From Psammoneis japonica (taxonomy: Eukaryota), in assembly GCA_008632985.1 (NCBI GenBank), contig QPGO01000063.1:248001-312000 (forward strand): a stretch of DNA of 64,000 bases, read 5' to 3'. The notes beneath the pieces are model-generated. The model ran no database searches. It worked only from the letters and a program-made list of their open reading frames with translations, and was not told the DNA's origin. Positions 13,349-25,600 of the stretch are shown in pieces. How positions within the stretch are numbered: position 1 is the first letter of the stretch; each line of letters starts with the position of its first letter. The position numbers and the translations under genes were made by a program.

Positions 13349-13773
13349 GCGACAGACAATTTCCCAAAAGCTTGCCTGCACCTCTTTCGCCCCCTTCCAT
13401 TTCAAAGCACAATTCACAGCTGCAATGTCTCAAACAGCAGCAACAACAGCCGCCTTGTGAGTGCAGTCAAATTGCTGCAGCAGAAAAAGCGGCAACAACA
13501 GCAAGCACACAAATGAGTCAAAAATGCAACTGGACAAAAGAGGACATCACCTGCCATGGTGGTTCTGCCACAACTGCAAAGACAAACAATTGCATCGTTG
13601 CAGTTCTTGGCATTGCCAACCTGTGGTGCGTCATGGCAAAAAAATTTGCGTGCATTCAACCGTGCAAAAAAATCCATTCTAATCCATTCTGGCAAACAAA
13701 GAGTCAATGACAAATGCATCAATTTCATGTGACTGCAGCACTGCACTGGTTCACATTGTGCACTTGACAAAAA

Positions 13774-14782
13774 CAACATGCTGAGGCAATGGATGCAATG
13801 TCTCTTCCAAGCATGAATTCAAATGAAGGTCATGCCCACACCAGCCACACCATTCAATCAAACATTCAAGCATGCCCACACCGGCAGCAGTGCAGATGGA
13901 GCTGACAAATGGAGCATTGATGGTTGAATGTGTGACATCTGCAAAAACAAAGAGCATGACTTTTGTGAGGAATTTGTGCAACACATCATGAAAAACTGCT
14001 GCTGGTTGTTTTGGCAAGAACCGTTGTTGTTGCACAAGCACAAACGGTGCACAGAAAATGCAGTGCAAAATGTCTTGCCGGTGCAACAGCACAGTGCGCT
14101 TGTAGACCAGTGTCAGGTGGGTTCCAGTTCTTTCTAAAACACAGTCAAGGGGGTCATCCCCACGTTTGTCCTGGAATCATTGCCGAGGCATTTAAATCAG
14201 ATTTTTTACAGTGTCAGTTCTTGAATGCAAAAATTGTCTGCACTGGCACCCAATCATGCATGAAGACGAGAACATCAAGCACCGTGATCAAGGCACTGCG
14301 ATGGCAGAAATCTAACATTTCTCCAAAATGCAGTGGTCCGTCCACAAACATTTGGTGTGTCAGTGACTTTGACACACAACAAACACAAAATGGATGAGAG
14401 TTGGCAGATGGACATCCACAGACTTGTGGCTTGATGTTTTCACCATGGTGAAGCATGGTGGAATTCATGACAAATCATTCAAAACACAAGCTGTTCAGCC
14501 AAATTTGAGCTAAAAAAGCTGCAAATGACCCCCCCAAGAGTTTTTGCATGTTGTGTCACCCACAAATTCCTCACAAAAGTCCGTGCTTTTCAAGTGCAAC
14601 ATTTGGATGTTTTTGCAGATGTTGCACATTCAACTGTCTCGACACTCCATTTGTCAACATCTTTCAACACTGCTGTCATGCTCAAATGTTTGATTCATTG
14701 GCATGGCAGGCGTGGGCATGACCTTAATTTGAGTTCACATTCATGCATGGAGAGACATTCCAAATGTTGCCTCAGCATGTTG
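13774..14782. repeat. Degenerate inverted repeat pair (13774-13997 and 14539-14782)
   Basis: CAACATGCTGAGGCAA...AAGGTCATGCCCAC...TGACAAATGGAG...GACTTTTGTGAGGAATTTGTG is present on opposite strands. Confidence 0.8.
14149..14534. mobile_element. Kolobok-like MITE family 1, heavily mutated copy
   Basis: GGGGGTCAT...ATGACCCCC termini, flanks TCAA/CCAA (degenerate TTAA). Homologous to 21820-22094 and 22218-22610. Confidence 0.8.
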
Positions 14783-14789
14783 CAACTTG

Positions 14790-16000
14790 CAACAACTGCT
14801 GCCATGGTTGCTGTGGAGGCAGCCGGAAAGAACACACCTGACGGTGCAACTGTGAGGTCCAGTGCTTTTCTCACAGCACAAGTTGAGAACTCGAGCATCA
14901 CCAGGAAAGCACAGACACCGACTTCTGCTGCATCAACCTGCCGCACCCTCAAAGATGCACAGTGGCAAAGACAACCAAAAAAGGAAAAAATGATCATGAC
15001 AGCGCCCTCCTCAACATCACATTTGCATGGGCCTCCAACACAGAGTGCTGAGGCAACCTTGGCATCTGGCCATGGCAACTCTGCGTCATCATGCAAATCC
15101 GACATGCACTTGGATGTTTTCCAATGAGACCACGACAATCCTTCTCATCTTTTTGGCACCCATTTTTGCGGGCACACGTTGAGCCACATTTCTGTCACTG
15201 TGCAAGCCAACTGGTCCTTTGGTGCTTCCTGTTGCAGCAACAAATTCTGGACAAATGTGCACTTCATTTGAGAGCATCTTGGTGATTGCATCCTTCACCT
15301 TTTCAAACACTTCCAGCCAAATCGCCAAGCCAAGCAAAGAACAAAAGTCCATTGCCCCAACAAGGATTTGGTTGGGGCATCTCTTTCTTCTAGAGTGCTC
15401 TTTGACCAATTTGGCCTTGCCCACAGGGCAAAGTCATTGGCTGGATGGGGGGTGAAATTCTCGTGAGAAACTGCATGCAGTCATCGATGCGGCCAATGAT
15501 GTGAACCTGAAACTGGGAACAAGCTTGGCATGGGACACTTCCACAGCATGGAATTGGTCTGGTTTTCTGTGAGCATTTTCATTTGAGCCCAGTGCTCCTC
15601 ATCTTTCAATGGTCGTCTCTTTTTTGATGGCATGCCCCTGCTCCGAGTCTCCTCTTTCTTGACCTTTTTGATGAGGTTGTTTGCGTCAGTTGATCGTGTT
15701 GGGTTGCCTTGGTTTGACCAAACATTCCATAGCATCAACCAGTTTGGCACACAGCTAAAAATTGCCTTCTTCCAGCATTCCAATGAACTTGACCTTGCTT
15801 GCTTGTGGTTCGGGCGTTCCAGCCCATGCGCACCTTTAGATTCATCCACCACTTGACATCGTCAGGGGTCGACAAGTCACCCCATCAAGAAGTGACATGA
15901 GTGCCATCAAGGTTGGCTTGCAATATTTTTAGATGGCATGGTCTCCGTTGCATTGTTGCACAAATCGATCAGAAACTCGACAAACACCACGCAACAACCC
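14790..16000 (-). mobile_element. Crypton (CryptonS-like) tyrosine-recombinase transposon remnant
   Basis: RSSSLECWKKAI...GNPTRS...NLIKKVKK; QILVGAMDFCSLLGLAIWLE; GPVGLHSDR (HxxR box); WKTSKCMSDLHDDAELPWPDAKVASALCVGGPCKC (catalytic Tyr position reads His). Confidence 0.8.
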
Positions 16001-16445
16001 AGTTGTTTCAATGCGAAAAAAATTCCCGTGCTTCCTCCACAAAAGTGTGGAAGGTGCGGTCGCTGAAGGGGAGCGAGGGTCAGCACAACATGCAGAATTC
16101 AATGGAGAAATGCAACATGGGTTGCATTCCCGGGACAATGCACCGGCAGAGAGCAGAGCAAAGAGCTGCGGCACTTCTACCGTGCAGTGTCATGTGGTGG
16201 CACGTGGCACGCACACACGCACCGCACGCACGCAGCGCATGCAGTGGCGCAGGCGCAGCAACGCACGCACGTACGATAAGTATGTACCCTACCCTACCTA
16301 CTTCTAGTCTACGCACGAAACGGACAACGAAGCGCAGCACACAAAACCATTTCGAATCCATGATGCCACGCACTGCCAGCAATCAGCAGGGGAGCCCTTC
16401 CGCAACTTGGCAGAGAGAAAAGGCCTCGTTTCCGTCGCTTTGACC

Positions 16446-17054
16446 ATGATGATGAGACTTGTTGGGCTTCTGTCGCTGTGGACATTGTGCCTGACATCAT
16501 GCTGCAGTGCCTTTGTTTTCATCAATGCACCAAAGGCATCATTCACCACCAAGTTATTCCAATCCTACATTCCGCCTCCGGGCAAACGCCCCAAACCGCA
16601 GGGCGGCGACATGGCGTATATTCAAGAAAATGTACAACGCCAGATGAACACCTTTGACGCCATTCGACAAGTCGGTAATCCCGATTCCATCTTGGATGTG
16701 TATGTTCGAGTGCCATTTCGAAACGAGTATTGGTTTGTCGGCAAACTTGCCACGTGTGTTGATGTGAATGTGGCAATTGCGAGACAATTGAATTTGATTG
16801 AAGAACACGCGACACGGCTTAGACCGGTGGAGTTGGGACGAAGTTTTGGTTCTCTACAAATCTGGACCGCGCCGGGGAACTCGGAGCTATTGGTGGCGGA
16901 TGGAACACAAGAACTGACGCGACGAAAGCGGCATGTTGACGGGTGCGAAGATGTGGATTTGAAACTCGTTGGCTTTGATGCACAAGTAGTCACCAACAAG
17001 GGAGTTGGATTTTTTGTTGTACGAAACTATGATGAAGCAAAAGGAGCACCCTAA
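16446..17054 (+). CDS. Hypothetical plastid-targeted protein
   Basis: Signal peptide followed by CSA-F motif (ASAFAP-like). Intact ORF with normal Tyr/CpG content. Confidence 0.8.
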   Translation: MMMRLVGLLSLWTLCLTSCCSAFVFINAPKASFTTKLFQSYIPPPGKRPKPQGGDMAYIQENVQRQMNTFDAIRQVGNPDSILDVYVRVPFRNEYWFVGKLATCVDVNVAIARQLNLIEEHATRLRPVELGRSFGSLQIWTAPGNSELLVADGTQELTRRKRHVDGCEDVDLKLVGFDAQVVTNKGVGFFVVRNYDEAKGAP

Positions 17055-17637
17055 GCCTTGAGATCTGCAAAGTGCCAAATGGTCAATGATGACGAGATTA
17101 ACTTCTCATACGGAATTGTCGTCTTGTGGAGTTGGTCTTTCAAGGATAGTCGTATCATTCATCAGCGTAAATGCTAGTTAGCAACCACTGATGTAGTGCT
17201 GTAGGGCCTAGCACAGAATGGAGGAAAGGACAATGGATCGTAAAAGATATCAATGCCCGCCAGCTGCCGCACATACTGTACCACATACTCGTACGGGTAC
17301 ATACCATGCATCACGGCGCCTTCGTATCGAAATGCTCATGATGGAGCTGAACAGGACCGTACTATGGTATTGCATGCATTGCTGCTGAGAACCAATCGTT
17401 CCAAGTCATACCGGCTACAAGCTAGAGTGTGATGAATACTACAGGATATTGTATGGGACTTTGACCAATGAATTTTGAGTGGGAAAAGGTAAACTTCTAA
17501 TCAATGCAAGGCGTTCGCTTTAGCATTTGCTTGGGGCGGTTAGTGCACAAGGAAGCTCCGCCCAGAATCTCGCCTCTCGTATATACTGTACAAGCAAACA
17601 ACACAGTCGACTCATGAAAACAAGACAGGACGCTCTT

Positions 17638-19730
17638 CTACCTGGCCATATCAGTGTAGCTCTGCCAAGCCTTGTGATAGGCTTGAGGAAATGATAGTTT
17701 CGGGTCGTCTTCTTGAAGACGTTTGGCAAGGTAGCACAAGAGTGCATTTGCAAGGCGAAGCGTACCAAGGTGTCCAAGGACGCTGCTCGCACCGAGGCAT
17801 CCGCCATACATTGCACCAGTGACTGAAGGAAGAAAGGCATCGCTTCCGGCAAGATAGAGTCCAGGGACTTGAGTGCGAGGATTGGTTGTCCAGTCGCGAT
17901 TGATTGGTGCAAACATCTCGGGCGTACACTTGGTGCCATACGAACCTCCACGATAGGACGAGAGAAATGTCACTTCTGTCAAGGGAGTGCCGAGATGATG
18001 GTACTCGACTTTTCCTTTGACTTGAGGAACAAAGTCGAACAAGATATCGAGCAAGTGTTTCGTAAGCTTCTCCTTGACTTGCATGTACTCGTCTCCACGG
18101 TTCCTCACTGGCTTATCAGCCCACTTCTCGAAATACTCGTAAAGCCCATCGGAAATGAGAATGCAGTTGCTCGTACCGGGGAATCGTTTCTTCCATGTCG
18201 TATCCTTGGTGCATGGGAAACCAATGTATACCGTCGGGGGTCTCACTTCCGTTGGATTCGCAAAATACGTGTCAAAAGCATCATCCAAGTCGTAGCCATT
18301 GAAATACCACAGGTTATGATTTGGAATGCCAAGCTCGTCTGGGTCTCCCGTGATTTTGCAGAACAAAAAGACGTGACCGTGGCTCTGACGAATAGACCTT
18401 TGTTCTGGGTCCTGAAACTGCTCTACGACTGGAAGATCTTGGGGAAGCAGTTTGTTGTAGAGATTGTAAACGCTCGTGGCACAAACCACATTCTTGGCCC
18501 GAATCTCGGTCAAAGGGACGGTGCTTTTGTCGGTAGCTGCAGCAAGTGCCGACGTGTTACTGACACGAACACCGACCGCACGTCCCTTTTCGACAATAAT
18601 CTCGCGTACCGTGGCATCCACAAGTGCTTCTCCACCAAAGCACCGAACAGCGGATGTAGCTCTCATGGAATAGTTTTGAGTGGCCCCGACAGTGTAGCTA
18701 CCGCCGTCCATGTAATGAGTGGCAGTAACTCCATGCGCTGCAAGAGTCGCCTCTTTTGGTTGCACAGCGTAATCACCAATTGGATGAGTCGCCACTGCTT
18801 TGAGACGACGAATCGACGGATCCGGTTCAGGACCACATGGTGCCTTGGGACAGTTCTTGAGTAGTTCGTCGCGACTGTAGCCTAGAGTAAAGACGGCATA
18901 CTGTGCATCGCGAACCGTCATGGCAGCAAACGTCATTAATCTGTTCAAGAATGGAGCGCAAGTGTAAGCAAATGGTGCTACATTGAGTGATGAGAAACGT
19001 GAAGCATGACGTACGTGTCTGTACGATCTTTGACGAGGAAGTGTAGCCACTTTGGCAGAATACGACTCATTCCAAGAGCCACGAATCCGCTGTTGATTTC
19101 ACGACAAATCGCAAGCCACACGGCAGTTCGTTCCTTTAACGTTTCATCCTCTGGATCAATACGATCAGAGAGATCCCGAATGACTTGAGCTTCTCCAGGG
19201 TAGAACGGGTATGAGTAATTGTTGGGAGCACCTTCCTTGACGTTGGTGTCACGCGGAAAGACTACTTCGTCATATGGTTCATCAGGAGGAAAGGCTTGGA
19301 ACTTTTGTACACCGTGAGTCATGAAATCCATGACGGCTCCTGCACGTGCCGTCTTGTCAGCCATATCACTGGGAACATAGTGTAGACCAGTGTCCCATTC
19401 GCAGTTATGTTCTCGAAATGAATGTGTGCATCCGCCGGTGACTAGATGCTGCTCCAACACCAAAACCCGTTGACCTGATTGAGCAAGGAGATTTGCACAC
19501 GTTGAACCACCTGAACCACTGCCAATCACAATAGTGTCAAGCCTGGAAGGAACGAGGCCGGGTCGAAAGTGATCTGCACGACGAGGAACAATCCTGCGTG
19601 GAGCAGGAAAAGTTTGAAGATAAAGCAGAAATGACGCCAAGGCAAAAGCGAGGAGTAGAAAGAGCGATACAAGGACTGCAAGTGACGGAGACTGCATCCA
19701 CAAGACTTGAAGTTGAGTAATGATAATCAT
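17638..19730 (-). CDS. RETSAT: All-trans-retinol 13,14-reductase-like / phytoene-desaturase-family FAD oxidoreductase; 2 exons (19730-19015, 18940-17638)
   Basis: N-terminal TM, DTIVIGSGSGG Rossmann motif, VLVLEQH..GGCTHSF, EWDTGLHY, GTPLT, PGLYLAGSD. The 74 bp GTACGT...AACAG intron (18941-19014) restores the frame. Confidence 0.9.
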
Positions 19731-20005
19731 GTTTTGTTTCGTTTGTTGATATGGTTTTTGTGGTGTCAAGTGTCAAGGAGGGTTCTCGTTCTCATCGATC
19801 TGGGATTGATCTCATGGCGCGCTTCTCATCGCAAAGGTGTGACTTTCGTCCTTGGCCCAATTGGGCAATGCGCTTAACAGATCCCATCGCCAGCGGCACG
19901 CAACACACTGGGATTGAGCACATCACATTATGTCGCAACATCTACACGGTAGGCCTAGAGAGAGAGTATCTAGGGCCCCTAACGTCTGTATTCCCCTTTA
20001 ATTAT

Positions 20006-21370
20006 TTACCATGTCTTTTCCTTATGACGCACCCCGTTATGCGTGCTACCGTTCTGTTTCACCCCGTTCTGCTTCACTCCATTTTGCATCGAACATGAAC
20101 ATTTAGGTGCTTGTTGTCTCCTCGCAGCATACCACGCACCAATCAAGAAGAATGGTAACGAAAGTGCGACATAGAGGCCACCAACAACAATTAGACCAAC
20201 CAACAGCTTACTTCCAAAATCGTGCATGTGTTCCGCATCAAACTCGTTTGAAATAAAGTAGGCAACCCCGCCGTCTTCTCTGTAGATGTGCAAAAAGGCA
20301 TCAATCAGTGTCCATGGTCGAATGTTTCGTTTGCCATTAAAGAGTCCAACGGTATGCCATACTCTCCAAGGACGCTCTTGGATTGTAACCAAGTCGCTGA
20401 GGGTCTGGCCCCACATTTTCCAATCGAGCGAGTACACCTTTCCGTGCGGTAGATTGCGATGGTCATCTGGACCCTGACGGGAGGATGCAAATGAAATAAA
20501 CACTTGTGCACGCTCTGTTTCATCGGTATGCCTGCCTCCCGAGTGCCATGTGTCTGTATTGTACAACAAAGCATCTCCCTGATTGACTTCCGCAAACACG
20601 TTGCAGGGTACATTGTGATGTATGTAGTTTTCAAAGCTGTCGTCATAGTGCTCCACCAACTCTGGGTTGTTAAAGAACTCCGCTTCCATGGCATCATAAT
20701 CTGCATCAGGCTGTTCACAGATATGTGTTCCAGGACACAGCCCCGTTGCTCCCATCTCTCGCGTCGTGTCTTGCAGAGCAATCGCCAATGTGTATTCTGG
20801 AACAAACAAGTCCGGATACTTGGCCGAAGACGCACCCGTGTCGGAATGAAATCCCTGTTGTAATGCCCCCTTCTTGCTAGTAATTACAGAAAAGGCCGTA
20901 AGTGAGGCTTCGGGTCCAACAAGGGAGTCGATCAAGGGTCTCAGCCTCTCGTGCGTAAAGACCTCCTTGAAAACTTGTTGAACAATTGGTGCCGTATGCG
21001 GCGGCATGATGCGATGACGATTTTCCTGTGCAATGACATAGGCTGATTCGAGCTTTTCATTGGCATCTAAAACATATTCTCGAAAAATGCTTGCAGTTTT
21101 CTTGGAGAGTACAGATGGAACAATCACAGAACCGTGTTCTCGAGCAACCTTATATGCCTCGCGTTGAGACATGTTTTCCTCCATCACAAGGTCATCCATA
21201 AAATCAGTCGTTGGGCCACAATTTCCAAGACCCTCCTTGTCTTCCAAATCATGAAGCTCCAAGGATGGCCCATAGACACGGCTGACGTAATACGCACCTC
21301 CACAGAAGATATACGCAATCACAAAGATGCAATGCGCAAGCAAAAGTACAGCTACGAGCAGCTTCATCAT
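20006..21370 (-). CDS. Phytanoyl-CoA dioxygenase (PhyH)-family 2OG-Fe(II) oxygenase with N- and C-terminal TM helices
   Basis: QGFHSD (HxD), IALQDTT..MGATGLCPGTH, GDALLYNTDTWHSGGRH. Start is uncertain and an upstream exon is possible. Confidence 0.85.
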   Translation of the reverse strand: MMKLLVAVLLLAHCIFVIAYIFCGGAYYVSRVYGPSLELHDLEDKEGLGNCGPTTDFMDDLVMEENMSQREAYKVAREHGSVIVPSVLSKKTASIFREYVLDANEKLESAYVIAQENRHRIMPPHTAPIVQQVFKEVFTHERLRPLIDSLVGPEASLTAFSVITSKKGALQQGFHSDTGASSAKYPDLFVPEYTLAIALQDTTREMGATGLCPGTHICEQPDADYDAMEAEFFNNPELVEHYDDSFENYIHHNVPCNVFAEVNQGDALLYNTDTWHSGGRHTDETERAQVFISFASSRQGPDDHRNLPHGKVYSLDWKMWGQTLSDLVTIQERPWRVWHTVGLFNGKRNIRPWTLIDAFLHIYREDGGVAYFISNEFDAEHMHDFGSKLLVGLIVVGGLYVALSLPFFLIGAWYAARRQQAPKCSCSMQNGVKQNGVKQNGSTHNGVRHKEKTW

Positions 21371-21819
21371 GGTTATAAACAACACCTATGACAATCAAAA
21401 CTCGTTGCCAAGCACTTTATGAGAGGAATATTGCTGGGGGTCAAGACAGAGAGTCAAAAGAGCAATGCAGCGTGATGAGGGCCTATCCATACCCGGTAAG
21501 GCCTATTCTTGCGTCGGTTGAGGAGTCTTGAGTCGTCATTGTCGCATGTCTCAACCGACCCACGACCCAACGGATCAATTTTTTGTGGCAGGACCTACGC
21601 CAGAGAGCCAGTCGTGTAATTACAAATACTTGTAGAAGTAATAAATCTTGAATGTATAAATAAAAATGCTATTATCGTTTACATATTATGTCTGGGCGCC
21701 CCGAAAAACCCGGGATTCAGTCCCGGGTTTTCCACTACAGTACCGGTAGCCGTTAGCCGTTGAACGGAAAGATCCAATAACCATTGATCATTACTCAGAG
21801 GTTTTAGTCGGGATGTTAA

Positions 21820-22094
21820 GGGGGGTCATCCCCGCGTTTATCCTAAAATTACCGTTGCATTTGAATAAGGTTTTTTATAGTGTTTATTTTTGAATACAAG
21901 AATTATTCATAGTCACACCCGATCGCGCACGAAAACGAGAACCATCACCACCGCGACCGAAGCACGACGATGATGACAATCATCGATATTTCTCAAAAAC
22001 GTAGTTTGCCGTCTACCAACTTTTCATGTATATACAATCTTTGATACATAACAAACATAAAATAAATGAGAGTTGGTAGACGGACCACCTCCGT
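21820..22094. mobile_element. Kolobok-like MITE family 1, unmutated copy running into the N gap
   Basis: TTAA|GGGGGGTCATCCC left end; TA- and CG-rich. Confidence 0.8.
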
Positions 22095-22213
22095 NNNNNN
22101 NNNNNNNNNNNNNNNNNNNNNNNNNNNNNNNNNNNNNNNNNNNNNNNNNNNNNNNNNNNNNNNNNNNNNNNNNNNNNNNNNNNNNNNNNNNNNNNNNNNN
22201 NNNNNNNNNNNNN
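22095..22213. other. Assembly gap
   Basis: Run of N. Confidence 1.
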
Positions 22214-22217
22214 TTAA

Positions 22218-22610
22218 GGCGGGTCATCCCCCACTTTTTTTAGCTCGAATTTGGCCGAATAGCTCGTGATTTGCATGATTTTTCTTGAATTTCACCGTGC
22301 TTCACCGTGGTGAAAACATCAAGCCATAAGTCTGTGACGGAGGTGGGCCGTGCGTCAACTTTCATTTATTTTATGCTTGTTGTGTATCCAAGGTCACACA
22401 CACATCAAATGTTTGCACACGGACCACTGCGTTTTGACTTGTGTCGATGTCACCGTCATCGTCGTGCTTCGATCACGGTGCCTGATGTTCTCGTTTTCGT
22501 GTGCGATCGGGGGTGAGTGCAAATGATTTTTGCATTCAAAAATGAACACTGTGAATGTCCTCATTCAAATGCCACGATAATTTCTAGGACAAACATGGGG
22601 ATGACCCGCC
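22218..22610. mobile_element. Kolobok-like MITE family 1, complete 393 bp copy, inverted relative to the other two
   Basis: TTAA|GGCGGGTCATCCCCA...TGGGGATGACCCGCC|TCAA. A TTAA target with GG..CC ends fits Kolobok rather than piggyBac. Confidence 0.85.
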
Positions 22611-25600
22611 TCAATGACTGTTCACCCTTCAAATGACACATCTGACGGTTGGAGTTACATTGGCATTTTGGGTTTTTTGCAGTGACGCATCACTGCAGAA
22701 ATGTCACCTGAGTCTACGTTGAAAAGCTGATGACTGCAAAAAAAAAAAAACCGCAGCCACCACCATTGTCGTCAAAGCAACATGCTCAGTGAATCGGAGC
22801 ATCAATGTCGTGATGAAGATGGCCGCCTCTGAAAGCACCAATGAAGCGTTTGGTGGAATGGCAGCACAACAACCAGGGCCACCGCTGCACATGACGGCCA
22901 CAGACTTTGGTCCCGCAACCATGGAGGACCAACTGGTGAACCCGAGCACATCCTTGAGGATGAGACAGAGACGGGAGATGGTGGTGACAGTGACGAAGAG
23001 CATGAGAATGTCAATGACATTGATGGAGCTCGTGCTGAAGCCCATTTGGAACGGTTGAGATCGCGTGTTGTGGACCAAGACAGTGACGAACAGACTGTGG
23101 CTGACAACGACCATGCTGCCTTGCCACTGCACCATGGTGAGCATGACCCGTCGGCACAGTTGAACGTTCCAGGCACTCCTGAAGGGTGGCAGCTGCCTGA
23201 AATAAAAGCAGACAAGGGGAGCCACCATTTGCTGATGTGGACAATCCCGGAGGGTGGAGCAGACATGCATTCCGCCCTGAGTTTGAGGCAAGAGGGGAGA
23301 AGGAGTGCATTCATCACAGCTTGCCAACTGGTGCCATGCCAGCACCTGAGAATTCGGAAGGGAAATGAATTTCCCATGGATGGTGGTTCTTTTGTCAGGG
23401 ATGGGATCGGCCCATGTCCAGCGATGATGTTGCTGATGATGACAAAGATCTGATGTTGTCACTGCCAAACAGATCGGGTGCATCAAAAGACAACCTGTTT
23501 CCAGGCATTGGGAAAGGATCATTGGACACAGGTGTGTTGTGATCGTTGGGAATGAAAGCTGAGCGGATGAAAAATCGGGATGCTTTGTTTTTCTGTCAAC
23601 TGATTCTGCCAATTGTGACACCACACGGTCGGGTGTCAACTCAGACCCCAGAAAGTCATTCTACAGCGAAGTGGAAACATGTTCAAACTTGCACACCGTG
23701 GGAGAGTTGAAGCCATGCTCTTCATGTGCACACCAGTTCAAACTTGTGAGCATCCAGGAGCTTGTCAGATTTGATGGAGTGATTGTCCGAGACGGCATCA
23801 AGGGTGGCAGTGACAGAGCCACACACCGCAGGTGGATGGCTGATGGATCCGACTGCAACTCAGATGTGTCCTTGTCAATTGGTCATTCATGTTGGCTTCA
23901 AATGAAGCAAGTGCTGAAGCCATGCAACAACATGACATCCCCCCAGAAGAGGAGAAGCTGGGTGCAACCCGGCCCACAAGTGCAACATGACATGCGCGAC
24001 AACAGTTCACAATGTCAATGCGACAACACACCATGCAGAATTGGATCAATGTGGTGACGAAACCACCTGGGGCCATGCAGGTTGTGGCGAAGCTGGCAGC
24101 AGGATTGCCGGTTGCACAGTTGGAAAGCCCGGCATCACCAAGGGAGGTCAGACAGTGATCATGTCGATGCACACCGGATCCGACCTCGGGCTCATGTTCA
24201 CCGACACAAATTGCACCCAAGGACAGATGGATGGGGTGCCATGGGCCCAACAGAAATCTGTGTGATCTTGGAACAAGCAGGCGAAATGGTGGATTTTGGC
24301 AGAATGGGTGACGACGCCGGACCCAAGAAGACATTCCAAGGAAAGCCACACATGACATGTGACAACTGCTTTGACACTGACTGCAGTTCAGACTGGATTG
24401 GAGAAAATGGCCATTTGGCTGCATTTACACGTCAAAGGGATCGGCTGCCTTTGGGTGTGCCAGGGAAGTGCTTTCAGAAAAAACAAACACCACCCAATGC
24501 AAGATGTCGAAAGCAGCAAGGTTCAATCATCCGATTGTTGCTGTCAAGACTGTGGCGCCCACACGCAGTGCTGAGGGATGCCAGCGTGTGCTTTGCTCAT
24601 TTCAATCAACCTCGTTGTGCAACATTGCTGCTGTGAATGCCCTCAACGAGTGTAACAAATGTGTGAGGCATCGGGAAACAGGCAGAAACGAGAGCAAGCG
24701 ACACTGGGCAATCGAGATGAATGAAGCCCATGATCTGTGTCTTTCAACTTGCTCACGAACTGATTCAATGGATCATTGCATCAAAAATGCAAAGATGTTC
24801 CATTGCTCTTGGAAGTGTTGGCATTCTGCCACGAACCACGGTGAGGCCATGGCCATCGTCATTGCACATGACATGCATTTGGAAGTGGCGAAGGGTGGGT
24901 TAGACTTGTCTTGGAAAGACGACAGTCCAGTGGGTCACTGGGAGTTCCGAGAACAACTCTCAAGACAGATGCTGCAGCATCACCCTGAAGCACGTTTGTG
25001 CCATGGTGACTCCGCAATGCGGGTTGCAACGCAACAAAACCATCAACAAAGAGTGGCTTTGGAACAAACGACAACGACTCGCAATTTTGTGACACCAGAA
25101 CAATGCCAACACGCTCAGCAGGGTGGAAATGAATCTCGTCTGTGTCACAGTGTGCTGCGCTTGTGTTGTCACTTCGATGCGGTGTCCACCAGCCACAAGC
25201 ATCCAAGGGTCTGTGTTTGGTGCGGGGCAGACTCGCACTCGAGTTGTGACCTGTGTGGGAAACCATTGCACTTCCCTGCCAACCAAGGCGCAAGCGGCAA
25301 GAAGACCTGTTTCCTTGACAGTCATGATGCACTGTTGTGTGGGCTTGGCAGGGAAGACACTCAGCTGTTTTCAAACAAATGCAAGACTGACTGGACACCA
25401 CCATCAATCACGGTGAAGAGACAGAATGCAAATCACATCAAAAGTCTCATTGAACAGCAGGACAGCAATGCCACATAAAATGTTAAATTCTTTGTTCAAC
25501 ATTGTAAGCAGCAGCAGCCATGCAGTGGATCAAGTGATCTATTTTCTGTAAGAACTGGGAAGCAAAGTCACATCGGGTTCTAAGAAATGGCAAAATTACG

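Noticed and set aside
2910..16270. Classical fungal RIP as the cause of the skew
   Set aside because: RIP turns CpA into TpA and enriches TA. Here TA is lost, and the direction is fixed by conserved tyrosines, TTAA targets and the intact host paralogue.
17869..18864. 331 aa plus-strand ORF
   Set aside because: Antisense to the RETSAT-like gene, no motifs.
24468..25478. Alternative genetic code or a genuine Tyr-free, Cys-rich protein
   Set aside because: Neighbouring genes use TAC/TAT normally, the element has stops and frameshifts, and non-coding repeats show the same change.
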